Positions 1 to 13,415 of a DNA stretch of 64,000 bases are shown here, piece by piece. A program made the position numbers and the translations under genes. This stretch comes from Marsupella aquatica. Lineage: Eukaryota; Plantae; Marchantiophyta. Location of the stretch: NCBI GenBank assembly GCA_973895155.1, contig OZ316891.1, positions 12,584,771 through 12,648,770 of the forward strand, read 5' to 3'. The notes under the pieces were generated by a model. That model saw only the letters and a list, made by a program, of their open reading frames with translations, was not told where the DNA came from and did no database searches. Position 1 is the first letter of the stretch; every line of letters starts with the position of its first letter.

Positions 1-140
1 CAAAATTTACACCCAAATTGACACAAACACAAATGAAAACTGTAAGTTTGATTTACAAAATTGATGAGTCTTGTTTGTTACGGTTGTTGTTGACACGTTC
101 TGGTGACAGGAATTTTGGAAGGGACCTCTAGTGGGTCCAT
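1..140 (+). repeat. Dispersed repeat (probable TE end), second copy at ~46680-46825
   Basis: CAAAATTTACACCCAAATTGACACAAACAC...GGAATTTTGGAAGGGACCTCTAGTGGG is near-identical at both loci. Confidence 0.8.
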
Positions 141-3100
141 AACTACATTTACTGACTTATAAATTTAAGCACTAAAATGCAGATGTGAGTTTTCAGCGAG
201 GAGACAGAGTATGAGACAACAAAGTATATATTACCACGTTGGTTATATAAACAGCCACAAACAGCCACAGAGAAAACTACCTAGTATCTTTCCGGTCAAA
301 CCTGTCCCACAACATATCACTTGGGTAGAGAACAAAAGTGCCAAACATACACCCCAAAGGCAGCCAGACCTGGAGACATGATCCGGAAGGCATGAACCCA
401 ATAAAGGGGAGAACACAGGGGACAAAATTAGTCAACAAATGCACTCCTGTGTGATTGCCCTCTTTGTGTAGTATATAAGAAGAGCCTATGGCAAGTCACC
501 AATTCTCCATCAAAGATATCCAAGTTTGATTAATTCTAGGCAGAGCTGAAAGCAGACTCGAACTGATTTTCCACATTAGTCTTCGTACATGCACTGATGT
601 GCCTTGTGTGGGATGGACATATAGATGAGGTCATGGGATGGGTAGGATATGGCATGGCATTTACTTTGAGAAAATAAAGCCCCCAGCAAGGGGTGAAAAG
701 CTTACAACTAAACTCAGGTTGTTTTAGGCACCATCGACAACAAACAATACTCATCCTCTTTTCCTAAATGAGCCCAACCTTTCAAGTTTAGCATAAGGAA
801 ACAATGAGCTTTGGAGGGAAGATACTATAGCTTGGGCAAAAACCCTCATTTTGGGGGCATCACAGTCACAATGCAAGAAAACTTATTTTGGGGCATTACT
901 ATTGACCAAAATCCATTCAAGATTTTTCTCTTCACGCACCCCTGTCAATAGTTCTTTCCAGAATGCCGAGCACTACATGCAGCCACATCATCACATTTGG
1001 TCACAATCAGGAACAATGATGTTTTCAGCAAAAAACAAACACAGGTATTTGGTTTGATGTGAGACAAGGAAAAACCATTAGACCCAGTAGTTGTAAAAAG
1101 ATCAAAAATTTGAAAAGTAAATTTTATATAACAAACAACAGGGTAAAACAAAGTACCCATTTGGATTACTTGTCAATTCTATATTAGTGTTTTACCTCAA
1201 AATGCTTGTGCTTGTGATTTTTATTTTCTGCAAATTTCTGAAAAAGCCACACAATAGAAAGGTAAATAATTAGAACCCATTGAGCTTCATTCCCTAAAAC
1301 AAAATAACTTTTCTCCTTAGTATTTGACTAAATCTATCAATATCATACTCACTGGAAAGCTCAACAAATTCATAAACTCATGATCTCCTTAGTAAGTACT
1401 TGACAATTTCTGTCAATGTCATGGTCATTGGAAAGCTAGATAAATTCAAAACTGTCTTTAGTACTTGACAAAAGCTACTATTGTGAGTCTCATTGAAAAG
1501 CTTGACTAGTTCAAAAGTTAGAGTTGGGTTCATAATGAGACAATGATCTGGAGACGAGTAAGCTGGAGATGAATAGTGAAAGGCTAAATGGAAAGGATCC
1601 AAGGTTGAAATTGATCCAAACAATTAGCATCAATGATATTGAAGGTGGAGGAGATAGAACGAAATGAAGATTGATATGGAGATCCAAATAGCTCCTTCTA
1701 CTCTGAGCCCATCCAAATGGGCCTAATCTTCCAGGTTGTTTCATGAGCCCACATTCTTTGTTCACATGATCATATTAAATGTAGGTGATTATGTATGATT
1801 CACACAACTCACAACTTTGATACAACACTTAAGATATTGATATTTCCAGGTACATGTTTCTTTCATTGATTTTAGTAACTGCTATAGGGAGGACAGGGTC
1901 CCAAGCTAGGAGGACAGGGTCCCAAGCTAATTATATTTTTCTGTACTTTATGGAAGGGAATGCCCATCAAAAGCTCTGCAAGTGCATGGTAAGATTTGTT
2001 GTCCGCTTCTCTCTTGGCAAAACAGTAAAATCTCAATTTAGGTTTGTCTCCACATGTGATGGTAGGTAGGTGAAAAAGAGCTTGTTTCTTGGAAAAACAG
2101 TAAAATCTCAATAGGGTTTGGTCTCCAAGTGTGAAAGTAGGTGAACGACAGTAAAATATTAAAAAAATGAGTTTGTCCCCAAGTGGGAAGCTAAGTGAAA
2201 AAGAACCAAAAATAATACCTTAGAAATAAAAAGATCTTTCAGTGATTGATGTGTAACATAGAAAGGGCCATTATGCTCCAGAATGCCCTATAAAGCACAA
2301 AGTGAAACATCACAAATGCCCTGTAACATACAAAGGAAAAAATCACAAAGTGCATTAATACCCGGAATGCCCTGTAAAATACTAAGGCCAAAATCCAGGA
2401 GTGCATTACTGCACAGAAAAATACAACAGGAAAAATCACCAAGGGCATAAAGATTATATAATATACAAAGGCGAGAACATTTTCGAGGCTTTATATTCCA
2501 CCTCGACGGTGTCGTGCTTGTTGGTCTTCTCTGCCTTCTCGAATGTATGTCTTTCTCCCTTATTAGCTACTGACAAATCTGTAGTGAACGAAGGACTCCA
2601 GATGTGCAGAGCTTCTCTTCCATGTCCTCTCGACTTCTTGCTCACCTTCCTTCGCTTCCCTCCTTTACTCTCTCGTCAGTCGTCCAAACTATGGATCCTT
2701 CTAGCTAATGCGCCGCTTTTCATGAGCTTCCATTGTTTCAGCTTTCGACCTCTTTTCCCCCCAATCTCTCGCTCTCGCTCTCTCTCGACCTCGACCTCAA
2801 CCACTTTCGACCACTTTCGACCACTTTCGGATGCTGTGTTTGCTCTGCTGCTGTCCGTGCTTGACGAGTCTCCATAGCTCGCGTCGATGTGGGATGTGGA
2901 TTCGCTTCCTCCGTATGAGAGCCCCTCTCTGCTCCTAGCGTGCTGCTCTCACATCTTCTTTGACGAATTCTCGATTTCTCACAGAAAGCACGAGGAGCGG
3001 CGCGCGGTCAGTAAAGTCCGCCTTGTTTGAAAACAATTTGTGTTGCCTGGCGCCCTGGTCATCTATGCTTGACGTCATAATAATGCCTTCCGTCCTTCAC

Positions 3101-3290
3101 GGCGAGACTGCTGATGTATAGGACTGTGCTGTACTGGTGTATCATCGTTTTGTGTTTCACGTTCCGCCTTCGTTATCCACGACGCAAACGAGTGCTCGAG
3201 TATGACGGAGGTCTGATGATTGATCGCATCACGGTCATCACCCTCCTCTCTTTTGGTGGCTCAGACAAGAAGAGTTGCTGAGCGACAGAG

Positions 3291-4739
3291 ATGGCGAACG
3301 ATTCGGATATGAGAGACGTGTTGAAGTACTTGCTGGAGAAAATCAAGGAGATTGCGCCACACAACAAGGAATTCAAGCTTGAATTTAAGCAGCCTCCCGC
3401 TGCCGCTCCGACTCCGAAACAACAAGGTAGCGGCAACGATAGAAGGTCAAGTGTGGTGCAGCTGGACAGCCTTCGTAGACATGGAAACCGGTTCTTCAAA
3501 GAGAACAACTACATCGCAGCTATGAATCTGTACTCTCAATGTATTGTTCAGTCCTGGGAGACGCTAGACAACTTGGACGTTTTGAGCTGCAATTCGGAGG
3601 AAGAGAAGCGTCAGAAGGTCGCGAAAGTGCGGAGGATTCTGTTCCTAGCCCTCTCCAATAGAGCCGAGACGTGGCTGAGGTTGAAGGATTATACTCGAGC
3701 GCTTGGGGATGCAGATCGAGCGTTGGAATCGGAGCCAAATCATGCAAAATGCCTCGTTCGCAGAGGTAAATCGCTGGATGGTTTGCAGCGTTATGAGGAG
3801 GCTGTCTTCTGCTTCACTGCTGCCCTGCAGCTATTCCCCAACGATGTACAAATTCGGGATTCCCTCCGCAGCAGCAAGATCTGCCACCTACAGAGGCATG
3901 AGGGACTATTCGACTTCAGCAACTGTGACGATGGAGGTGCTCTGGATCCGTGTTGCGACTTCGTGGGGCCTGTCGAGATCCACAAGCGAGGGGTCGATGG
4001 ATATGGCGGGCGAGGTCTGTTTCTCACGAAACCCGTCACAGATGGCCAACTTCTAATGGTAAGTAATGCCCTAGCTCTTCTCGGCGGGGATCCGAGCGAA
4101 AAGAACCCGCTCCGGGCCACAGAGGATTACTGGATTGCGAGGGCCGGCGCTTCGTTGGTGCCAAAAGAGGACGATCTCGCTCTATACCTTGCCTTTGGTG
4201 CCAGCCGAAACGCCGAGCTGAGAGCGAAACTAGACAGTTTGTTCATGGGTGCAGGCGGTCAACGAGCAGATTTTGTTCCAGATATGGAATTGTTTAAGCC
4301 CGGGACTAAGTGGAATCCGGTGCATCCGCCACCAGGAGGTGGCATAGGCGGAGGATTGGAATCGATGATCAGCGCCCTCAAAGAGACTGTGGACCGAATG
4401 CGCAAGATCGTGGAGTACAACGCATTCACAGACTTTGACGACTGGGGAAGAGCGTACTCGGGCAGAGCAGGCAGGGCAAGGTATCTTAAAGCAGGATGCG
4501 GGGGCCTCTGGCTGCTTCCGTCCTTCCTCAATCATTCTTGTGCCCCGAATTGCACGAAAGTATACATCGGGAATGCTGTTTTTGTTCGTGCATCACGAGC
4601 AATGGATGCTGGAGAGGAATTGTTACTCGCCTACTGCGATGTTTCGCTTGGCGTGGACTCCCGGCGAGACCGCCTCAGGAAGTGGGGTTTCGAGTGTCGG
4701 TGTCGCCGATGTCTGTCGGAAATGTCTAGACAGGCTTGA
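3291..4739 (+). CDS. TPR + SET domain protein lysine methyltransferase (ATXR1/SDG35-like, SMYD-type), intronless
   Basis: TPR motifs (GNRFFKENNYIAAMNLYS, LSNRAETWLRL, KCLVRRGKSL). Split SET domain: GRGLF...SFLNHSCAPN...ELLLAY. Post-SET WGFECRCRRC. Confidence 0.88.
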   Translation: MANDSDMRDVLKYLLEKIKEIAPHNKEFKLEFKQPPAAAPTPKQQGSGNDRRSSVVQLDSLRRHGNRFFKENNYIAAMNLYSQCIVQSWETLDNLDVLSCNSEEEKRQKVAKVRRILFLALSNRAETWLRLKDYTRALGDADRALESEPNHAKCLVRRGKSLDGLQRYEEAVFCFTAALQLFPNDVQIRDSLRSSKICHLQRHEGLFDFSNCDDGGALDPCCDFVGPVEIHKRGVDGYGGRGLFLTKPVTDGQLLMVSNALALLGGDPSEKNPLRATEDYWIARAGASLVPKEDDLALYLAFGASRNAELRAKLDSLFMGAGGQRADFVPDMELFKPGTKWNPVHPPPGGGIGGGLESMISALKETVDRMRKIVEYNAFTDFDDWGRAYSGRAGRARYLKAGCGGLWLLPSFLNHSCAPNCTKVYIGNAVFVRASRAMDAGEELLLAYCDVSLGVDSRRDRLRKWGFECRCRRCLSEMSRQA

Positions 4740-5046
4740 GAGTTTCAGGATGCCTACATTTAAAGTCCTCCTGGTTACAATCCTCCTCAGCTAGATTCGA
4801 CTGGACTGGACGACAGATTGGTGTCGCGGAAGTTGTGGAATCATCTGCACACATCAACTCTGCGCCTTGTGAAGGTATGAAGAGAATCTTCACATTTGTA
4901 TTCGTTTTTTCTTCACATATTGTCTCTAGATACCTTCCGCAATTCTCCAATTACTTCAATTCAGCTCCGTCTGGACTCCGCGAAAGGTTTTTCCCTGATC
5001 TCGAGTTCGTTTTCGGAATCAACTAAGCAGCAGAAGTTCAACACTA

Positions 5047-5895
5047 TAGTCTTCCCCCGAACACAACGCCCAGGCGACGCCCAGGCGTTATATTCGAATA
5101 GTGGGCAGGGGGCGCTATATTTGAATATGGCGTCCTAGGCAATGTGTTCAAATTTTGTCACAAGGTTTTGGATTTTTTCACTTGTGATGCTATGTTCGAA
5201 AAATGGCATTGTGTTTGAGTTTGACGATGTGTTTGAGTTTAGGCATTGTATGTAAAGCTAGGAGATTGATTTATGGTGTAAGCACAAATAAAAATCATAT
5301 ACAAGACTGATGTCTTAAATAAAGTGTTTGGGAATGTGTAAGTAATTCAAACACTGAAATTACACAAGGAAAGAGAGCCAAGAGGATCTCTATCCTGTTA
5401 GTGAAAGGAAAGCTTGTCACAAATTTAATGAACCTATTTGTAGGAGATAAGTCAAAATAGGAGTTTAGAGAATCATTATCTGATTTCTAACTTTGTGCAT
5501 GCGCACATTCACATAAGAAGTTTCACAAGGAGATAAAGTTGAGTGCCCTTTCAGTCGAGTATGCGTGTCTGAGCTTTTGCTCCAGAAATTGTTGCTACTA
5601 TTGCTACAGATGCTGTGAAAACTGTGGACAACTTTTTTTATTCAGTTTTGTTTCAGCTTTGAATGTAGCGAGAAACACAAAATAATATCTCTCTCAAACA
5701 CAGAGTGCAATTTCGAATAGAGAGCCAACATCAAATATGGGGTGCAATTTCGAACACAACGCCAACTTCAAACACAATGCCTGGGCATTTTGTTAATACG
5801 ACGCTATGTTTGAAGAAAAACAATTTTTTCCTTTAGGACCCTAAAAATCTCATATTCGAACACAGCTCCTGGGCGTTATGTTTGGGGGAAGACAG
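5047..5895. mobile_element. Non-autonomous Tc1/mariner-type TIR element (MITE), ~850 bp
   Basis: TIRs: left (TA)GTCTTCCCCCGAACACAACGCCCAGG; right end reverse complement CTGTCTTCCCCCAAACATAACGCCCAGG. Flanked by TA at 5045-46 and 5896-97. Subterminal TTCGAA(C/T)A repeats; no ORF. Confidence 0.75.
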
Positions 5896-7539
5896 TAGTT
5901 TCTTTGTGGGACAGGTTCTTATTTGTTTGGTCGACTGATCCAACAATGTGCTTGTGGGCTTCTGCGATTCTTTGCAGCCACCGTGCCTTTGGTATTCAAG
6001 TCAAAGAGGAATTAACCTTCTTTGTGCGGACATTCTGGGAGCACTTGAGCTCATCAGCTTTAAGACTAGCAAATGTAAGGATCCAGAGCGTTCTCTCGAT
6101 CATGAATATCGGCGTGTCATTGGTAATAGTGTATCGATAGAAGAGGTTCCTCCTTTGATTCTTTCATTAACTTTGGATTATCGGCTCTGACGCGATTTCT
6201 GCAGTAGGAGCTAGACATCAAAGATTTCAGGACTTCGGTTGTAACAATCCGTATTGTACCATTATATCAAAAGCGGCTGAATTCATTTGAAGTCCACCGA
6301 TTCCAGTTGGTGCAATGGACAGGAAGCTCTATAATGGGAACAGGCTGTTGACGGCGTTTCAAAATCGAAAAGAGTCCGTGGACTAAGTGTGGATGGTTGT
6401 AATCACTCTGCGTTTGTAGAGTAGTTGACCCACGGATTTCCTGGACATGTATAATTGAAGCAGGACAAAGACTGCTCTCTGCAGAACGCTAAAGCTATAA
6501 TATGACAGGTACACATTTGCTTGATTCAAAGTGGGCAAATCAGCGGTGCATCTGGAGACCAGTTTTTAGAATATTTATGTGTGATTTCATACTGCAGTTC
6601 AACAAGTAGAATGCCAAAATTTGGATTCCGAAACGACAACGTGGTGTACAGGGGAACGTTATTTCAGAACTCGAATACTCGCTAGAATCATTATCTACTG
6701 TTGATCGAGGAGGACATTATCGATGAGACGTTGACGAGCAGAAGAATGTCAGAGGATAAATTGCCAGGGGTAGTAGCACATATGTAGCAAGGCCCTGAGA
6801 TTTGGGTCGCTTAGGGCCCAGGCTTAGGTTAGGTGAATGCGTCGGAGATAGCAAAGATGGCTCATAAACAGATTCGGAATGCGTCTGAGATAGTAGAGAT
6901 GGCTCTTAAACAGATTGCACGAATCTGGACAGCTGCGACACATCATTAAATTTGCACAAATTTGCTATCATGAGTGTTATTTAGTTACACGGCGTTCTTG
7001 AGCCCTTGCTTGCAAAGACGAGTTTACCACGACAATGGATTACAAAGGTGGGATGAAACTGATTGTGTGACGGTTTCAAGTAGTCTACCGTTAATAGCCT
7101 CAGATATGTTAATGTTCATCTTGATGATAAACAAGCTCTACGTTGCTAGAGGTTGTCAAAGGTGCAGTGGTTTCTCCTAAAGAGAGTATGAGGAGTTCCT
7201 GGAAAACGACTGTCAAAGTCAACAAGTAGCGAAGTCCACCCAAGATGGGAACACTGGATGCCTTTCTCTTCGAGAGAAAGTAGTCACACTGAAAAGATTT
7301 GGTGTAGTGTTGGTACCCCTTCTCTTTCGATGGAAGACAGTCAATTAGAATTGAAGAGTTATAAACTTTGTGGGAAAGCTTTTTACGGCTCTTACTCTAG
7401 CCGCATAGCGAGGTTGCTCAAAACCCACCTGCCATAGCAACGAGATCATGACAAAAACATAAGAAACAAGAAATAAGCTCGGATTAATTACTCACTAGGA
7501 CATCGAGAGGTACGCGTTCCGAACAGCAGCTGTATGCAT

Positions 7540-10195
7540 CCATATTATGCTTCTTTACAATGAGTTGCAGTTCCAACCATTTAACCTAGATGAATCTGAA
7601 ACAGAGCGTTCTGAAGTGTTGCTGTCTTCTTTACAACGAGGACCATCCAACCTCGATGAACCTGAAGGACAGTTTCATTTGGAAGAACGATGTAGGCAAA
7701 AATAACAAATCAAATGCAGAAACCCCACTTGCTTCTACCCAGAATAAATGGTGAGATGGAAAGATCTTTGTTCAGAAATGCCACCTCACATACTCTGGAG
7801 CTGGCCTAGTTGTATGTGTAGAACTCCAAACCCGATCTCGAGGTAACCAGAGTTTGGAAATTGCCATCGACCGTGTTCAATATTGTGCAAAGACTATCTC
7901 GTTTATAATTATGTTCTATCGGAGAATCGCAATCGCTCTAATCAACCGTTGGAAATATCCCAACTCCTGAAGAAGCGAGATGGAAGGACAGTCTGATAGC
8001 AAGTAGTGCATGGTCCCATGGGACAAATGACATGCGGCACTGGTAACGGATGTAGAAGAAGCACGTCTCGGCTTAGAATATTCCAAGAGATGAGACAAGA
8101 CCGACAAGTGAAAGGAAATCTGCGATCAACGATCAAGTGCAATGTACTGTGATCAGATTTTCAAAAACAAACAGTTTCCATGTCTTGTCAAATCTAGAAC
8201 CATACAAGAGATTGCAACACTAATGTATTCGAGTAAGTGCGTACTCGGTACCCTGACAGACCTCGAATTCCGATTGGTTATCACATAACCCATACAAAAG
8301 CTACTGACAACAATGCCCGGTTCCTTCTCTTGTTTGAAGGTGGAAATGTGCATCGTCTATTTAAATTCCTTCCACACAACAGGTGATTGCTTGCAAATTT
8401 TTGGGTTTTTCTACATTGATCCTGTTCATAGTCTACTTAAAAAAGCTTGAAAAGGACCCAATAGTAGATGACAGTTATACCATGACAACTCAGGCAGGTA
8501 GTGTCGCTGCCACTATTCTCCTGAAATGCTGTAGTGACTTTCATTCATAACGTTACCACTTTTGGGAGCATGAGATCGAACCAAGTCAATTCGAGTATCT
8601 AGAAGCACTGCAGATACTGATTGAGTCCTTTTGTGCAGGTTCTTGATCGCCTGTGGGATCGCAACTGAGTTTCCTGTTCTTTGTTCTCCTGTTTGATTTA
8701 GTAACGCAGCGCTTTACGCGCCGGAGATGGGAGACGAGAATCCTTCACCTCTTTGTCCATGATTGAAACCTCTCTCTGATAGCAGGAGTCTTAGCCCTTA
8801 CATTATCTTATGTTCTTGTTCAGTGACGTTCTCTGCACGTAGCCGTAGAAGTTTTATTTTGCGCAGTTATGCGAATAATAAAAGTAACTTTGATGAATTG
8901 GAGGCAGTAAGATTTGTAACATTTCAACTCATCGTCGACAGTAATCAACTGATCTTCCACAGTCATCGTCGTGCAGGCACGCATGTGCATCTCGCCGGAT
9001 GAGGTCCAGTTCCAACCATCCAACCTTGATGTAACCCTGAAACACAGCGTGCTAGAGGCTATTCAACTACGGAACCATTTTGGATGAACGCTGGAGGCAG
9101 AAATTCACAAATTGAGTGCGTAAACTCTGCAGTCATTAAATCTAATCAGAATCAATGGTGAAAAGGATGATGTGGGTGAGAAATCCCACCTAACACACTC
9201 TGTAGCTGGCCCAACTTTATATGTACGCTACAAACATGATCGAGGTACTTTGATATGGGAGTTGACCGTTCACCCCATACAAGATTCTACAAAAGGCATA
9301 GTCCTCTCGATTTTGAATTTCTAACCAGTCATAGTCGTTCATGAGGTGTTCATTGTGTAATCAAATAGTCTACAGAGTGCTAATGGAATATGGGGTTTAG
9401 AACGTTGGTGATTTTCATACCTACGTCATGAATTCCGGTGACACTTGGGCAAAATCTTGATTAGTGAGATGTGCTGTAACATCTAAATTGTCAATGTCGT
9501 ATCTACGCAAAGTATCAGTAAACGAACATCTCGAGTGCAAATGCTTAAAAACCAATGCAGATGATTGTGTACCACTGTTTCAATCGGGAGGGTTCTCTCA
9601 GCGAATGTCTTGGATTCCGTCCAGCGGGATAGCAGGTTATAAAGCAATACTTCATGGGACAGCGTTATTCATGCACGCTCGCTATGGGACAATTGGCGCA
9701 TGATTCACGGCCGAACAATAGGCACATGCTCGTGGTCTCGGCTAAAGCCAGCTTGCAAGAGAAAAGAAAAAAAACGGAGATAAGCGAAAAAGCCTGCAAC
9801 TAGCGAGATGTGCTGTCCTTAGATTTTGAAAGAAAAAACACCGTAAACCCGTCACATCTAGAACAGTACGAAGGGATTGCATGCACTCATAAATTCTAGA
9901 AACTGTACACTCGTGGGATGAACTGGACTAAAACTAAAACTAAAAATAAAATATTCCATGTCCCGTCACATATTATAACCATACAAAGGGTTGCATCCAC
10001 TAATGAATTCGAATAGCTCCATACTCGGTGAGATGGACTGTACTCACATTTTGAAAGAAAGCCAGTTTCCAGGCCTCGTCATATCTAGAACCAAGGACTG
10101 CATCCACTCATAGTTCGAGAAAGTGCATACCGCGTTCCTTAACAATACCCGAGATCTGATCGAGTATCATATCTCGAACCCATACAAAAGCTTGA
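7540..10195. repeat. Degenerate local duplication: ~7570-7850 resembles ~9008-9250, and a ~115-bp unit occurs at 8155-8300 and three times at 9820-10190
   Basis: Shared words GTTCCAACCAT..AACCT.GATG, CAGAAT.AATGGTGA, GAGCTGGCC/TAGCTGGCC, and TCTAGAACC..., AACCCATACAAAAGCT. Confidence 0.6.
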
Positions 10196-10603
10196 ATCTA
10201 CTAAGGAATACGTACACCTAATTCAAGTGAAATATGTACACATGCAACATGTGTTGCAAGCGAGAAAGCCACTTGGAAAATGCCAAGCGACGTACTTCAG
10301 CTTCAAATCCCAGAGAGCCTAAGGTAAAGAAACAGCAGTGGCAACGATCAAGAAAGATCAGTAGGTTGAGCCGACCGCCGCAAGATAGATCTACAATGGA
10401 ACACTGATCTACGCATTGATGCAACTGTCCAGCTCGTGTGATACAGGAGTTGCATCAATCGACCGCTGCTCAGGCCTGGGAAGATTTACTTCCGTGATCC
10501 TCGAAACCCTCAAGCCTACTCAACATACCCTTCTGTCAGCAGCCTTCTATCGTTACTTAACATACCCATCATTGCCGGGGTGGATGTGCGTGGCGGATAT
10601 TTC

Positions 10604-11785
10604 TTAGAAGAAAGAATCCAACGTCACGGAGGAGCAGAATCCAACCATCGCATCGAACCTGCTACCCATAGAAGGCAGTGCAGGTAGCTTCTTCCAGCAG
10701 TTCCAGCCTTGAGAAATGTCGCATACAACCATGGGATACTCGGCGTCAGCTGACACACTGTAGACGTAGACAAGAGAGCCACTGGCGACACACTTCATTC
10801 CTGTCACATTCTTAGCGTTGTCCCCCTTAGCAAAAAGGGAGAAGAATTCCGCCGGCATGACGCCCATCTCCTTACATTCCATTACTGAATCGTCGACCAA
10901 CCACAGCTTGAAACTCACGTTTCCTAAAGGGGGGTGGCAGACCCCGGCTAGAATGAGCATCCCTTCGCACGTGACCAGGTAAGCATACTTCACACCAGAT
11001 GGCGTCATGGGACGTAAGATCTGCACTTGGGTCCAGAGCTTGGTTTCCAGGTCGAAAGAAGCCACAGATCCAGAATAGATCTCCAAAACATAAAGTTTTC
11101 GGTTCCATACGGCCCCACTCAGCCAATGTCGAGAGTTGCTTCCTCCGAACTCCTGAGGGAGGCTCTTTGTCACCTCCCATTGCTGCAATACGGTGTCATA
11201 AATCTCTACGGCCAGTAGGTCATCCTCGTCAATTTCAACTCCACCCACGGCAATCAACTTCTTCGACACATCGCTCCCTGAACCCGCTTCCAAAAAGCCA
11301 ACAAGGGGCGCATCTCTGGAGAAGGACATCTCCGTTGTCTGCTTCCATGTCTTGACGAACAGGCTGTGATTATAGCACAGACGAGACTGAGTACCCCCCA
11401 TCGTGGCATACATGACTCCACCAGGACCTCCGGCCATCGAAGCTCGAGAATGAGTAGGGGGCGTTACGGACGGGATCGTATACCATTTGTACGCGTCCGG
11501 ATCGAATGCGTAAGCCTGGTTTTTCGAAGGTACGAGGAAGTTCGTGCAGTACACGAACAGCCATGGATTGCTACCTCTAACATCAGAGCAAAACTTGGAA
11601 AACCCGGCAGAATGTATGATCGAACTCCAATGCTTGTTAACAGCACAGGCCCGTACGAGGCTGCTCAGCGGAACCCGAGCCAAGATGAACTCCGTCACTT
11701 CATCACTCAGCCGTCCGAACTCACACGAGTCCGCCGCAATTTCCTGCCCTGCTATATGTTGCAACTCCGCTGTCTCCATCGACAT
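10604..11785 (-). CDS. F-box/kelch-repeat protein (At3g24760-like), intronless
   Basis: N-terminal F-box LSDEVTEFILARVPLSSLVRACAVNKHW. Kelch-like segments AFDP..KW, AVGG..LAVEIYD..WE, KLYV..SFDLETKLW. 393 aa, uninterrupted. Confidence 0.88.
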   Translation of the reverse strand: MSMETAELQHIAGQEIAADSCEFGRLSDEVTEFILARVPLSSLVRACAVNKHWSSIIHSAGFSKFCSDVRGSNPWLFVYCTNFLVPSKNQAYAFDPDAYKWYTIPSVTPPTHSRASMAGGPGGVMYATMGGTQSRLCYNHSLFVKTWKQTTEMSFSRDAPLVGFLEAGSGSDVSKKLIAVGGVEIDEDDLLAVEIYDTVLQQWEVTKSLPQEFGGSNSRHWLSGAVWNRKLYVLEIYSGSVASFDLETKLWTQVQILRPMTPSGVKYAYLVTCEGMLILAGVCHPPLGNVSFKLWLVDDSVMECKEMGVMPAEFFSLFAKGDNAKNVTGMKCVASGSLVYVYSVSADAEYPMVVCDISQGWNCWKKLPALPSMGSRFDAMVGFCSSVTLDSFF

Positions 11786-12769
11786 AACTTCTCCTCCTCG
11801 TATTCCTCTTCCTCCCTCCTAGGTCACAAAGTTCGTGCGTAACCTAGACCTACTCCCACACCAGCCTGCACACAAATCCCGTCCCGAAAGGAATCTCGGA
11901 GTACCTCACCACACCAACACTCTTCACTCTTCACTCTTCACTCTTCACCAATCGGTGACAATCCCTCCCACCGGCAGATGGATCTCTTAATAGTCCTTCC
12001 GCAGAACTCTCCTCACTCTATAGCCCAATCCAAAAGAATATGACTTCGTCAAACGCCCGTAAAAACTGCAAGGAAGCAGAACGATGCAGAAACTTTAATA
12101 CTAGCCCACAATCGACGCGGAGAAACGCAACACAATCATGAAACCAGAAATTTATGTGGACGAGAGCGGGAACAGCACCTTTCCTTCCTTGCCCCCCGCT
12201 GCAAACGCACCAACCAGAGCACCAGGCAGCTCGCCCACCCACTCACTCACTCACTCACTCAGATACAAATACTGTAATGGTTCGCAACGCCGGATTACCG
12301 GATCCGAAGCTGCGCCAGTTCGTGAGACCTTCACACTTCACACCTCACACCTCACTCGCACCTCATATAGTCATATGGCGATGGCAGCCTGCCCGCAGCC
12401 TGCCCGCAGCCTGCTGTAGTGCTGTGGCAGTACAGTGGTGATTTAGTGCCCATGTGTACGCGAGAGCGAGCATTCCGAGTATTCGGAGATGGTGGCGGCA
12501 TGCGGGACTGAGAGAGCGATGAAGCCCCAGGACGGCCAGCTCGACAGATGGAGGACCAGTTGCCCTGTGTTGATGGCGATGGAGCCAGCGCTAAAGGTAG
12601 AGTACGAGGACTCGGCAGCTTAACCTGGTCAGCTTTCTATTTGGAGGGGGGCAAGCTGGGGGTAACTTTTGCAATCGTCTTTTTGTGAAGAAAGAGCCAT
12701 TGTGAGAAATCCGGACCGTTCGCCACAGTCGAATCCACGGCCCGCCAGAAGTACTGTACAAGCTTGCCT

Positions 12770-13415
12770 GGGGGGAATTTTCGCAAATAACTTTGGGGGA
12801 AAACACTGTGACACATCCGGGCCGTTCCACACAATCGAATCCACGGTGAAGGTGGTTGGTCGGCCAGAAATTACTGTGAAAACTACTGTCCGTACTTGTC
12901 ATTTGACCGTCCGTACTGTGCGAGAATGTTGAATTTCTCTTACGGTGTTTTCATTCTGTGTAGTTCTTTGCCGTGCTTCTAGAACTACAGTAGTCGTCAC
13001 CAGGTTTTTTTAGTGGGGAAATTTGGCCCTGGATTCTATCCAAGTCTTCGCCACTTTTGGCTAGGCTTCTAACTTCTACTTGCCACCACTTTCATTATTG
13101 AATCCGGCGGGGGGGGGGGGGAACTTCGCCAAATACTTTGTGAAAAAACAATGAGAGACATCCGGACCGGTCGCCACAATCGAATCCACGGTGGGGGTGC
13201 TGGGTTCCCAAGAAATTACTGTAAAATCTACTGACCTTATATTGCATTTGACTATCCGTACAATAATGCTGGATTTGTGATACGTGTTTCCATTCTGTGG
13301 AGTCCTTGCCCTTGTTCTAGAACTAGTCGTCATCAGCTTTTTTAAGTGAAAAAAATTGGCTGGATGCTTAATTAACAAGTCTTCGCCACTTTTGGCTAGG
13401 TTTCTGACTCCACTA
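12770..13415. repeat. ~340-bp degenerate tandem duplication ending in a partial hAT-MITE-like sequence
   Basis: ACATCCGG.CCG..C.CACAATCGAATCCACGGTG ... CAAGTCTTCGCCACTTTTGGCTAGG occurs twice (12770-13080, 13108-13415). The tail resembles the left part of the MITE at 47783. Confidence 0.7.

Noticed and set aside
2401-2877. 158-aa ORF and other short ORFs antisense to or overlapping real genes
   Set aside because: Low-complexity or shadow frames without recognisable motifs.
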